64,000 nucleotides of DNA. Source: Actinomycetota bacterium. Lineage in GTDB: Bacteria > Actinomycetota > Actinomycetes > Nanopelagicales > Nanopelagicaceae. The stretch covers positions 3,645 to 67,644 of the forward strand of contig JBEDES010000003.1 in assembly GCA_041175545.1 (NCBI GenBank), given 5' to 3'. The position numbers and the translations under genes are program-made. Shown here piece after piece: positions 31,292-40,441 of the stretch. Position 1 is the stretch's first letter. Each line of letters starts with the position of its first letter. Below the pieces are notes generated by a model. It was given only the letters and a program-made list of their open reading frames with translations. It was not told the origin of the DNA and did no database searches.

Positions 31292-32587
31292 TTGAATTTT
31301 GCAAGAAAGAAGAGCGGCGCTCGATTCATTCTCTTGTGCATCACTTTGTTGAGTGCAAGTACGGGCATCTCTTTGATTGCTGCGCCGGCAAACGCGGCTG
31401 ATCCAGCTACAAAAATTTATGGTGTCGTGACAGGTTCTACTGAACAGCCTCTTGCAGGAGTTGGTATTTCGATTCAAGGACCTGACGGCTTTAGTGCAGA
31501 GGTAGAGACTGATTCTGCCGGTGCATGGGAAGTGCTCGTTCCAACAAAGGGAACCTATAGCGCGACAATCAATGAAGGTGATTTGCCTTCAGGCCAAGCA
31601 TTAACTGATCCTGCGAAAGGTACTGTTAAAGCAAACATTTTCATGCCGGGAGTGGAATTGCGACTGCTATTTCCTATTGGACCAGGTGTTGAAAAAGCTA
31701 CTTTGTTGGAGCGCTCAGCTCAGTTAACAGTTGATGGATTAATTCTGGGTCTTATCATCGCTTTGGCCGCACTGGGGCTAAACCTTATTTTTGGAACAAC
31801 AGGGCTTACTAATTTCGCGCATGGTGAGATCTTAACTTTTGCAGGACTTCTTACTTATTACTTCAGCGCAATTGCAAAGTTACCAGTTCTTGTTGCGGCA
31901 CCCATTGCTGTACTTCTTAGTGCCTTCATCTCAGGATTCTTACAAGACAGATATCTTTGGAAACCTCTGCGCAAGCGTGGCACCGGATTAATTGCAATGC
32001 TCGTTGTCTCTATTGGCTTTGCAATATTTTTGCGATACTTCTTCCTCTTCCTTTTTGGCGGAGACACTCGCCAACTTCCACAGTACGCAGGCCAAGCTGG
32101 ACTTGAACTTGGATTGGTAAGCATTACTCCTAAATCAATCCTCACGACCGTCATAGGAATCGGCTTCATTGTCTTTGCGACGTTATGGCTCTTGACTACA
32201 CGCATGGGTAAGGCAAGCAGAGCCGTTGCAGATAACCCAGCGCTAGCGTCTGCTTCAGGGATTGATGTTCAAAAAGTGATTAGAGCTGTATGGATTTTAG
32301 GTGCAGCACTTGCTGGGTATGCCGGAGTCATTGTTACTGTCAATCAAGGTGTCAGCTTCTTAATGGGTCAGGACATGCTGCTTCTTATATTCGCAGCTGT
32401 AACACTGGGTGGACTTGGTACTGCCAACGGCGCTCTTGTTGGTTCTTTAATCATTGGGCTCTTTGTGCAGTTGTCCACGTTGTTTATTCCAACAGAATTA
32501 AAGTATGTGGGTGCGCTAGTGGTTCTTATCTTGATTTTGATTGTTCGCCCACAAGGAATCTTGGGACGAAAAGAGAGGATCGGATAA
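31292..32587 (+). CDS. livH: Branched-chain amino acid ABC permease (LivH-like) with an N-terminal extracytoplasmic domain
   Basis: GLNLIFGTTGLTNFAHGE and VRPQGILG. Likely TTG start at 31292, 6 nt after GGAG, followed by a signal-peptide-like segment ending ANA-A. Confidence 0.85.
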   Translation: MNFARKKSGARFILLCITLLSASTGISLIAAPANAADPATKIYGVVTGSTEQPLAGVGISIQGPDGFSAEVETDSAGAWEVLVPTKGTYSATINEGDLPSGQALTDPAKGTVKANIFMPGVELRLLFPIGPGVEKATLLERSAQLTVDGLILGLIIALAALGLNLIFGTTGLTNFAHGEILTFAGLLTYYFSAIAKLPVLVAAPIAVLLSAFISGFLQDRYLWKPLRKRGTGLIAMLVVSIGFAIFLRYFFLFLFGGDTRQLPQYAGQAGLELGLVSITPKSILTTVIGIGFIVFATLWLLTTRMGKASRAVADNPALASASGIDVQKVIRAVWILGAALAGYAGVIVTVNQGVSFLMGQDMLLLIFAAVTLGGLGTANGALVGSLIIGLFVQLSTLFIPTELKYVGALVVLILILIVRPQGILGRKERIG

Positions 32588-33583
32588 ATGGACATTCTCT
32601 TTATTATTCAACAGACTTTGAGTGCAACCTTTGGAGTAAATGCAATTATCTTTGCACTTGCTGCTATTGGTTTAAACATGCACTTTGGATATACAGGCCT
32701 GCTTAACTTTGGCCAAGCAGGCTTTTTGGCAATCGGTGCGTATAGCGTTGCCGTACCGGTCATCACATTTGGACTTTCATTATGGGTCGCTCTCTTAATT
32801 GGTATCTTCAACTCAATTCTTTTTGCTCTTCTCTTGGGAATTCCAACTTTAAGGTTGCGAGCTGACTATTTAGCGATCGTCACGATTGCTGCTGCCGAGA
32901 TTGTTCGCCAGATTGCCCGCTCGGCAACATTTAACGATTCACTAGGTGGATCCGATGGCATTACAGGAAAGTTCGGAAAAGAGTTCTTTGACTTAAATCC
33001 ATTTAAGACCGGTCTGGATACTCCAATACTGCGCTTTAACGGAAATGACCTTTGGGTTGTCATCACAGGGTGGATACTCGTAGCACTTATTACTTTCATT
33101 ATGTGGGTGATGGTCAACTCCCCGTGGGGTCGAGTTATGCGCGCAATCCGTGAGGATGAAGATGCAGTCCGATCACTGGGTAAAAACGTCTACTTGTACA
33201 AGATGCAATCACTAATTATTGGTGGTGTTATTGGATCTATTGCAGGCTTTGTCTATGCGCTGTCACGTCAATCAGTGCAACCAGATAACTATGGAACGGC
33301 ACTTACATTCTTTGCATACACCGTGCTTATTCTCGGTGGGGCTGCCCGAGTATTTGCCCCAATCGTTGGTGCAATGATTTTTTGGTTCCTCATCGTATTT
33401 ATTGAGCAGGTTCTTCGTGAAGGCGTAACGTCTAATTTGATTCCTGATTGGCTTATCGGTGTTAACCAAGTAGGACAGATCCGATTTATGCTAATGGGGC
33501 TTGGTTTGATGTTACTGATGATCTTTAGACCACAGGGTATTTTTGGTGATAAGAAGGAGTTGGCACTTGATGCAAAAGCATAA
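32588..33583 (+). CDS. livM: Branched-chain amino acid ABC permease (LivM-like)
   Basis: GYTGLLNFGQ, LRLRADYLAIVT and FRPQGIFG. Confidence 0.9.
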   Translation: MDILFIIQQTLSATFGVNAIIFALAAIGLNMHFGYTGLLNFGQAGFLAIGAYSVAVPVITFGLSLWVALLIGIFNSILFALLLGIPTLRLRADYLAIVTIAAAEIVRQIARSATFNDSLGGSDGITGKFGKEFFDLNPFKTGLDTPILRFNGNDLWVVITGWILVALITFIMWVMVNSPWGRVMRAIREDEDAVRSLGKNVYLYKMQSLIIGGVIGSIAGFVYALSRQSVQPDNYGTALTFFAYTVLILGGAARVFAPIVGAMIFWFLIVFIEQVLREGVTSNLIPDWLIGVNQVGQIRFMLMGLGLMLLMIFRPQGIFGDKKELALDAKA

Positions 33584-34424
33584 TTCTGGTGCGAGCTTCG
33601 CCTTAACAACTGCTCAAACTCCTGGATCTTCAAAGCCAGATCCAATTTTGGTTGCAGATAAAATCATGCGTCAGTTCGGTGGTCTAACTGCGGTCAATGT
33701 GGACCATGTTGAGATTCAACGTGGATCCATTACTGCTCTTATTGGTCCAAACGGCGCAGGAAAAACAACGTTCTTTAATCTTCTAACAGGATATGACGCC
33801 CCTAACTCAGGAACATGGAGTTTTAACGGGAAAGCACTCAATGGTATTCCCCCACATAAGGTCGCAAGACTTGGAATGGTAAGGACTTTTCAATTAACTA
33901 AAGCTCTCTATCGTTTAACTGTCATTGAGAACATGTTGCTCGGTGCACGATCACAAAAAGGGGAATCAGTACTTCTTTCAGTGTTTCCTTGGATCTGGCG
34001 CTCACAAGAAGCTGCTATTCGTGAAAAAGCAACGTCTATTCTGAAAAACTTTAAGCTGATTGAAAAGCAAGATGATTTTGCTGCAGCGTTATCAGGTGGA
34101 CAAAGAAAACTTCTTGAAATGGCGCGTGCTTTGATGGTCGAGCCTGAAATGGTCATGCTCGATGAGCCGATGGCTGGTGTAAACCCTGCGTTGAAGCAGT
34201 CTCTCTTGGAGCACATCAAAGAACTGCGCAGTGAAGGTAAAACTGTTCTCTTTGTTGAGCATGACATGGATATGGTGCACGAAATTAGTGACTGGGTAAT
34301 TGTTATGGCTCAGGGTCAGATTATTGCCGAAGGTACTCCAGCAACTGTAATGGGAAATGCTCAAGTTATTGAGGCGTACTTAGGTGCCCATCACAACACC
34401 GATTTATCAAGTGAAGGAGCCTAA
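33570..34424 (+). CDS. livG: ABC ATPase (LivG-like)
   Basis: GPNGAGKTT, LSGGQRK, LDEP and EAYLG; ATG at 33570 after AAGGAG. Confidence 0.9.
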   Translation: MQKHNSGASFALTTAQTPGSSKPDPILVADKIMRQFGGLTAVNVDHVEIQRGSITALIGPNGAGKTTFFNLLTGYDAPNSGTWSFNGKALNGIPPHKVARLGMVRTFQLTKALYRLTVIENMLLGARSQKGESVLLSVFPWIWRSQEAAIREKATSILKNFKLIEKQDDFAAALSGGQRKLLEMARALMVEPEMVMLDEPMAGVNPALKQSLLEHIKELRSEGKTVLFVEHDMDMVHEISDWVIVMAQGQIIAEGTPATVMGNAQVIEAYLGAHHNTDLSSEGA

Positions 34425-34427
34425 TTC

Positions 34428-35165
34428 ATGGCTGCAACAGAGAATACGCCTTTAGTATCTGCCAAGGATTTAGTTGCTGGATATCTACCAGGAATCAATA
34501 TTCTTAACGGATGTAACTTGTATGCCAATAAGGGAGAACTTGTTGGAATTATTGGTCCCAATGGTGCTGGTAAGTCAACACTCCTCAAGGCGTTGTTTGG
34601 TCTAGTCAAAATACGTGAAGGTCATGTAAGTCTGTCTGGTGAAGAAATTACCAACATGAGAGCTGATCAATTAGTAGCCCGCGGAATTGGATTTGTTCCT
34701 CAAAGCAACAATGTTTTTCCATCTCTAACAATTGAAGAAAACCTTCAGATGGGTGCATTTCAATCACCTGATAAATTCTCAGAGCGCTTTGATTTTGTAA
34801 CTGATCTTTTCCCTACTCTTGGAACTCGTCGTAAGCAAAGAGCAGGATCTTTATCTGGTGGAGAACGCCAGATGGTGGCAATGGGGCGTGCGTTAATGAT
34901 GAATCCATCTGTGCTGCTATTAGATGAACCAAGTGCTGGCCTCTCCCCTGCTCTTCAGGATGAGGTCTTTGTTCGCGTTCGTGAGATCAACAAGATTGGC
35001 GTGACAGTAATTATGGTGGAGCAGAATGCTCGCAGATGTTTGCAGATTGTTGATCGAGGTTATGTTTTGGATCAAGGTAAGAATGCTTACGAAGGTACCG
35101 GTAAATCTCTATCCACAGATCCTAAAGTTATCGAACTTTACTTAGGCACCCTAGCCAAGAAGTAA
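34428..35165 (+). CDS. livF: ABC ATPase (LivF-like)
   Basis: GPNGAGKST, LSGGERQM, LDEPSAGL and VEQNA. Confidence 0.9.
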   Translation: MAATENTPLVSAKDLVAGYLPGINILNGCNLYANKGELVGIIGPNGAGKSTLLKALFGLVKIREGHVSLSGEEITNMRADQLVARGIGFVPQSNNVFPSLTIEENLQMGAFQSPDKFSERFDFVTDLFPTLGTRRKQRAGSLSGGERQMVAMGRALMMNPSVLLLDEPSAGLSPALQDEVFVRVREINKIGVTVIMVEQNARRCLQIVDRGYVLDQGKNAYEGTGKSLSTDPKVIELYLGTLAKK

Positions 35166-35230
35166 TAGTTACTTAATCTTCTAGCCTTTTCAAAGCTTTT
35201 CACTTGTAAAACTCTTAAAGCATTTAAACA

Positions 35231-35268
35231 TAAGAATGGCCCGCCGGTTATCCGGCGGGCCATTCTTA
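35231..35268. terminator. Bidirectional terminator hairpin between convergent livF and the solute-binding protein gene
   Basis: Perfect 17-bp inverted repeat TAAGAATGGCCCGCCGG-ttat-CCGGCGGGCCATTCTTA. Confidence 0.85.
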
Positions 35269-35284
35269 CTACGTCTTTAGCTAA

Positions 35285-36511
35285 TTACTCGCCCGCTGGC
35301 ACATCACCAGAGATGAACTCTGCTGGAAGTGCTACGTACTTGTCATTTGCTGTGTATACATACACACCCATTGTTGCGTATGAAGGATCGCCATTGTCTG
35401 CGAACTCAATTGGACCAGAAACACCGTCATAGTCGATGTCTGTTCCTTCTGCGATGAGAGCCTTGCAATCAGCAAAGGTTGTGCACTTTGTGCCACCCTT
35501 TGAAACAGATACTAGGTTGTCGCGGATGGTCTTACCATCTGTTGCTCCACCCTGCTCTGCTGCAAGTGCGATCAAAACTACTGCGTCGTATGACTCAGCA
35601 GCGTATGAGTAGTCAGTCAAAGCTGGATCTACTGAAAGTAGACGCTTCTGAAGATCTCCATCAGCAAGTACGCCAGGAAGTGTTCCCTTAACGCCCTTCA
35701 TGATTCCTGCAGGTAGGTCCTTGTAAGCACCGCTTGAAAGGTTTCCATCCACTAGGTATGTCTTAACCTTGTTTGGCCCGATTCCCTGCTTGATTAGCTC
35801 AGTGAAAATCTTTGCTGTCTCATCAAAGCCGATGATTGCGATTGCATCTGGCTTTGCAGCCTTTGCCTTTGCAACATCTGCTGAGAACTCAGCTGCCTGT
35901 GGGTTGTAAACAATGTTTGTTGATGTTCCAGTAAATGCAGCCATTGCGTACTTAGCAAGACCGTTACCGTATGCATCATCAAGGTTAAGGATCACAGCAT
36001 TCTTTGCGCCTTCCTTAGCCATCAACTGACCAAGAACTGCTCCCTGGAAAGTATCTGAAGGAGCTGAGCGGAAGTAGTAACCGTCATCTGCATAGTTTGT
36101 GAAATCTGGTGATGTGTTTGCTGGTGAGAAGTGGACAATTCCAGCTCCTGCAATCTTGTCGATAACAGTAAATGAAACTCCAGATGAAGCTGCACCAACA
36201 ATTGCACTTACTCCTGCTGAAATATGTGAGTCAGCAGTCTGCTGTGCGATATCAGTACTTGTATCTCCTGAATCACCACGGATGTGCTCAATGTTTTCTC
36301 CAAGTACTCCACCTGCGGCGTTGATATCAGCAACAGCTAAATCAACTCCTGCAAACTCTGGGGGTCCAAGGAACGCAAGGCTGCCTGTCTCAGGCAACAA
36401 TGAACCAATCTTTAGAGGACCAGATGCTGTTCCTCCACCACCGCAGCCAGCAAGAACTAAGCTAGCGACAGCAGCAGCAACCACGATGGCTGCCTTATTG
36501 AATTTCTGCAT
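35285..36511 (-). CDS. LivJ/LivK-family amino acid-binding lipoprotein
   Basis: Lipobox LAG-C, LPETGSLAFLG, GAASSGVS and DYDGVSGPIEF; ATG at 36511 after AGGAG. Confidence 0.9.
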   Translation of the reverse strand: MQKFNKAAIVVAAAVASLVLAGCGGGGTASGPLKIGSLLPETGSLAFLGPPEFAGVDLAVADINAAGGVLGENIEHIRGDSGDTSTDIAQQTADSHISAGVSAIVGAASSGVSFTVIDKIAGAGIVHFSPANTSPDFTNYADDGYYFRSAPSDTFQGAVLGQLMAKEGAKNAVILNLDDAYGNGLAKYAMAAFTGTSTNIVYNPQAAEFSADVAKAKAAKPDAIAIIGFDETAKIFTELIKQGIGPNKVKTYLVDGNLSSGAYKDLPAGIMKGVKGTLPGVLADGDLQKRLLSVDPALTDYSYAAESYDAVVLIALAAEQGGATDGKTIRDNLVSVSKGGTKCTTFADCKALIAEGTDIDYDGVSGPIEFADNGDPSYATMGVYVYTANDKYVALPAEFISGDVPAGE

Positions 36512-36575
36512 GTTTTCTCCTTTTGTAAGTTCCTTTATCAAAGGTATCTAGATGACCTTCAAAAAGGATCACCGA

Positions 36576-36603
36576 AGTATAACTAGGCATTACCGATCGG
36601 TAA
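36576..36603 (-). promoter_or_regulatory. Promoter -10 (TATACT) with an adjacent 14-bp palindrome, upstream of the binding-protein gene
   Basis: AGTATA at 36576-36581 and perfect palindrome TTACCGATCGGTAA at 36590-36603. Confidence 0.55.
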
Positions 36604-36750
36604 ATACTTTTTCAGGCTCAATACTCACCTGATCTGGGGTCAAATCCACTAAATCTGGGTAACCAACTCGATCAAAGGCAGGCTATGCCGGTGGACCTTA
36701 AGAACTGGCTAGAGGAAAGGATGATTCTACGGATTGCTATGGTGAAAAGT

Positions 36751-37332
36751 TTAAGCGAGAAACTGTTCGGCTTGCTTTGGATCAATTACCGCTAATGCAA
36801 CTTCTTTCATAGTAAGTCTTCTATCCATTGCTGCCTTTTGAATCCAGGAAAATGCTTGAGGCTCACTCAAATTAAGGGCAGACATCAATATGCCCTTAGC
36901 CTTATCAATGATTTTGCGAGTCTCCAAACGATCATGGAGATCTGCAACTTCAGCAGCCAAAGATTTCATTTGCTGATGTCTACTTATTGCAATTTCAATT
37001 GCCGGCATCAGGTCTCCTATAGTAAATGGCTTTACAACATATGCCATAACTCCAGCATCTCGAGCTCGCTCTACTAACTCTCTTTGCGAGAATGCTGTGA
37101 GCATCAGAACCGGTGCAATTTCAATTATCTTTGAGGCCGCCGATATTCCATCTAATACGGGCATCTTTACATCTAATATTGCTAAGTCTGGTTTGTGTGC
37201 CAAAGCTAAATCAATTGCCTCTTGTCCATTAGTTGCTTCTGCAACTACTTCATAACCGGCGGCCTGCAACATTTCAATCAGATCCATCCGAATGATTGCT
37301 TCATCTTCTGCAACAAGTATGCGCACACTCAT
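36751..37332 (-). CDS. pdtaR: Response regulator with ANTAR RNA-binding domain (PdtaR-like)
   Basis: Receiver motifs AEDE..LDVKMP..TAFSQ..KP; ANTAR motif RKIIDKAKGILM..QAFSWIQKAAMDRR. Confidence 0.9.
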   Translation of the reverse strand: MSVRILVAEDEAIIRMDLIEMLQAAGYEVVAEATNGQEAIDLALAHKPDLAILDVKMPVLDGISAASKIIEIAPVLMLTAFSQRELVERARDAGVMAYVVKPFTIGDLMPAIEIAISRHQQMKSLAAEVADLHDRLETRKIIDKAKGILMSALNLSEPQAFSWIQKAAMDRRLTMKEVALAVIDPKQAEQFLA

Positions 37333-37412
37333 CTTCGGATAATCCTCTCTTGCTCAGTACATTTATAACTACTAAATACTTTTGTAACAGGATGCCGAGA
37401 TTGAAACTAGCG

Positions 37413-37485
37413 TGCCCCGAGTCGGATTCGAACCGACACTATGCAGTGTTTGAGACTGCCCTCTCTACCGTTGGAGTACCGAGGC
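37413..37485 (-). tRNA. tRNA-Leu(CAA), 73 nt, short variable loop, CCA not encoded
   Basis: GCCTCGG/TCGGGGC acceptor stem, GCAGT-CTCAAAC-ACTGC anticodon arm, GTCGG-TTCGAAT-CCGAC T arm, discriminator A; TAGAAT -10 upstream. Confidence 0.93.
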
Positions 37486-37536
37486 CTTAAGTTCGCCATT
37501 CTAACCGTAAACTGGTTTGGTTCGGAAAACGAGAAA

Positions 37537-38976
37537 CTATTGATAGGCAGGAACTACGCCACCAACAGCATCACCCACGCGGTGAACACGCATTGCATTT
37601 GTTGAACCAGGAATCCCAGGCGGTGATCCAGCAACAATAACGACTGCTTCGCCAACTTTTGCGCGACCAGATTCAATGAGCAAGGTATCGGTTTGCTTCA
37701 CCATTTCATCAGTGTGCTTAACCATCGAAGCGATTGCTGGTTCGACGCCCCATGTCAAAGCTAGACGATTGTATGTACCAACTTCGGGAGTGAAGGCAAG
37801 GATTGGAATGGGTGAACGCAACCGCGCCATTCGACGAGCTGAATCACCAGACTGCGTAAATGTCACTAAATACTTCGCCTCAACGATTGCACCAACTTCT
37901 GCTGCCGCGCGAGTGATTGCACCACCTTTAGTCCTTGGTGTGGTTCGAAGCGGGCGAATCATTTCGAATCCACCTTCTTCTGTGCGCGCAATTATTCGGG
38001 CCATAGTTGCAACAGCTTCAATAGCAAAAGCCCCCACAGAGGTTTCACCAGATAACATCAAGGCATCTGCGCCATCTAAAACAGCATTGGCGCAATCCGT
38101 AGCTTCAGCACGAGTTGGGGATGAGTTATTAATCATTGAATCAAGCATCTGAGTCGCCACAATAACTGGCTTTGCAGCTTCTCGAGCCAACTCAATGCAT
38201 CGCTTTTGAACTAAAGGAACTTCTTCAATAGGCATTTCAACACCTAGGTCACCTCGAGCGACCATGATGCCATCGAATGCTGCCACGATTTCCTGAAGAT
38301 TATGCACTGCCTGTGGCTTTTCAATTTTTGCAATCACGGGGATTCTAATTCCAACTTCGTCCATAATCTTATGAACATCGTCAATGTCCTTTGCATTTCG
38401 AACAAATGACAAAGCAATAAAATCTGCTCCTGCTCGAAGTCCCCAACGCAAATCATCTATGTCTTTTTCCGATAGAGCAGGTACAGAGACAGCAACCCCG
38501 GGCAAGTTAATCCCTTTGTTATTGCTGACTAATCCTGGCTCGATAACTTTTGTTACAACATCATTGCCATTTACTTTCACTACCTCAACGGTAACTTTTC
38601 CATCATCGATAAGTATGCGATCGCCTGGTTTACAATCTTTTGGGAGTCCTTTGTATGTTGTGCCAACTCTTTCTTTGGAGCCTTCGATCTCATCTGTTGT
38701 AATCGTGAAGAGATCACCCCGAGAGAGTTCGTGTGGGCCATCAGCAAATCGCGACAATCGAATCTTTGGGCCTTGCAGATCAATGAGGACAGCAATAGGA
38801 ACCCCTGCATTTTTTGCGCCATCTCTTACAAGATCAAGACGTGACTGATGATCTGAATGTTCTCCATGAGACAGATTCAATCTCGCCATGTTCATTCCTG
38901 CATCAATAAGTTCTTTAACTTTTTCGGCAGAGTCAACCGCTGGACCCATGGTGCATACGATTTTTGCTCTACGCAT
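37537..38976 (-). CDS. pyk: Pyruvate kinase
   Basis: KIVCTMGPA, DLQGPKIR, IAKIEKP and MLSGETS. Confidence 0.98.
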   Translation of the reverse strand: MRRAKIVCTMGPAVDSAEKVKELIDAGMNMARLNLSHGEHSDHQSRLDLVRDGAKNAGVPIAVLIDLQGPKIRLSRFADGPHELSRGDLFTITTDEIEGSKERVGTTYKGLPKDCKPGDRILIDDGKVTVEVVKVNGNDVVTKVIEPGLVSNNKGINLPGVAVSVPALSEKDIDDLRWGLRAGADFIALSFVRNAKDIDDVHKIMDEVGIRIPVIAKIEKPQAVHNLQEIVAAFDGIMVARGDLGVEMPIEEVPLVQKRCIELAREAAKPVIVATQMLDSMINNSSPTRAEATDCANAVLDGADALMLSGETSVGAFAIEAVATMARIIARTEEGGFEMIRPLRTTPRTKGGAITRAAAEVGAIVEAKYLVTFTQSGDSARRMARLRSPIPILAFTPEVGTYNRLALTWGVEPAIASMVKHTDEMVKQTDTLLIESGRAKVGEAVVIVAGSPPGIPGSTNAMRVHRVGDAVGGVVPAYQ

Positions 38977-38986
38977 AGTTACTACG

Positions 38987-40441
38987 TTAGACCATCAGAG
39001 GCTTAGAAGTTGGCTCAATAGGTGATGGCAATTGTGTTCCTCCGGTTAAGTAAGTATCAACTGCCGCTGCCGCGCTTCGTCCTTCTGCAATTGCCCAAAC
39101 AATCAGCGACTGCCCACGACCTGCGTCTCCGGCAACAAAAATTCCCTCTTCGCTGGTTTGGAAATTAGCATCGCGCTTAATGTTTCCGCGTTCATCAAGA
39201 TCTACTTCAAGCTGAGTAATCAATGAAGATTTTTCTGGTCCAGTAAATCCCATAGCCATAAAGACAAAATCAGCTTTCAGTTCTTTCTCACTGCCTGACT
39301 TGGGCTCAAATTTTCCATTAATAAATTCTGTCTCGACAATTTTAATCGCGCGCAAATTACCATCAGAGTCTCCCAGGAACTCTTCAGTGCTAACTGCGAA
39401 CATGCGGTTGTCTTGTTCTTCATGTGCACTAGAGACTCGATAAATCATTGGATATGTCGGCCAAGGTTGTGAAGCCGGTCGCTCATCGGTTGGTCTTGGC
39501 ATGATCTCAAGTTGAGTCACTGACGCTGCTCCTTGTCGGACAGAAGTGCCTAAACAGTCTGCTCCAGTATCTCCACCACCAAGAATGACAACGTGCTTTC
39601 CTGCTACGTTGATGAGTGGTTCTTCAACTTCACCTAACGCTTGCTTATTTCCCCACGGCAAGAACTCCATCGCTTGGTATACACCCTTTAGTTCCCTACC
39701 CTTAATGTTGAGATCTCTCCATTGTGTTGCACCAACAGCTAGAACTACCGCATCGTATTTTCTTCGTAAATCCGTTCCTGTTAACTCAATACCAACATCT
39801 ACCCCAGCACGAAAACGTGTTCCTTCTTGTTCCATTTGTTCTAATCTACGATCAAGAATGTGTTTCTCCATTTTAAACTCTGGAATTCCGTATCGCAGAA
39901 GTCCGCCAATTTTTTCAGCACGCTCGTAAACAGCAACCGTGTGTCCGGCCCTTGTTAACTGCTGAGCAGCAGCCAAACCTGCAGGACCTGATCCAATAAC
40001 GGCGACAGTCTTTCCAGTCAAACGATCTGGTTGCATTGGCTTCACGTTGCCCATATCAAAAGCTTCTTCAATGGTGCGAAGTTCAATTTGCTTAATAGTT
40101 ACTGCATCACGATTAATTGCTACAACACATGCGGTTTCACATGGCGCGGGGCAAAGTCGACCTGTGAACTCTGGGAAATTGTTGGTTGCATGAAGGCGAT
40201 TTATGGCTTCTTCTTTATCACCACGAAAAATAAGATCGTTCCACTCTGGAATCAAATTTCCTAGTGGGCAACCGTTATGACAAAAAGGAATTCCACAGTC
40301 CATGCATCGGCCAGCTTGTTTTTGAAGGTGTTCAAAACTTTGAGGCTCGTAAACTTCGCGCCAATCTTTAATTCGAACATCAACTGGTCGGCGCTTTGGT
40401 ACCTCACGCGAGGTTGTCATAAAACCTTTTGGATCACCCAT
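38987..40441 (-). CDS. gltD: Glutamate synthase small subunit
   Basis: [23 protein letters not shown] and [10 protein letters not shown]. Confidence 0.97.
   Translation of the reverse strand: MGDPKGFMTTSREVPKRRPVDVRIKDWREVYEPQSFEHLQKQAGRCMDCGIPFCHNGCPLGNLIPEWNDLIFRGDKEEAINRLHATNNFPEFTGRLCPAPCETACVVAINRDAVTIKQIELRTIEEAFDMGNVKPMQPDRLTGKTVAVIGSGPAGLAAAQQLTRAGHTVAVYERAEKIGGLLRYGIPEFKMEKHILDRRLEQMEQEGTRFRAGVDVGIELTGTDLRRKYDAVVLAVGATQWRDLNIKGRELKGVYQAMEFLPWGNKQALGEVEEPLINVAGKHVVILGGGDTGADCLGTSVRQGAASVTQLEIMPRPTDERPASQPWPTYPMIYRVSSAHEEQDNRMFAVSTEEFLGDSDGNLRAIKIVETEFINGKFEPKSGSEKELKADFVFMAMGFTGPEKSSLITQLEVDLDERGNIKRDANFQTSEEGIFVAGDAGRGQSLIVWAIAEGRSAAAAVDTYLTGGTQLPSPIEPTSKPLMV

Noticed and set aside
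36604-36750. Unassigned spacer between the binding-protein promoter and the pdtaR stop, possible sRNA
   Set aside because: No stable hairpin, terminator or credible ORF found by eye
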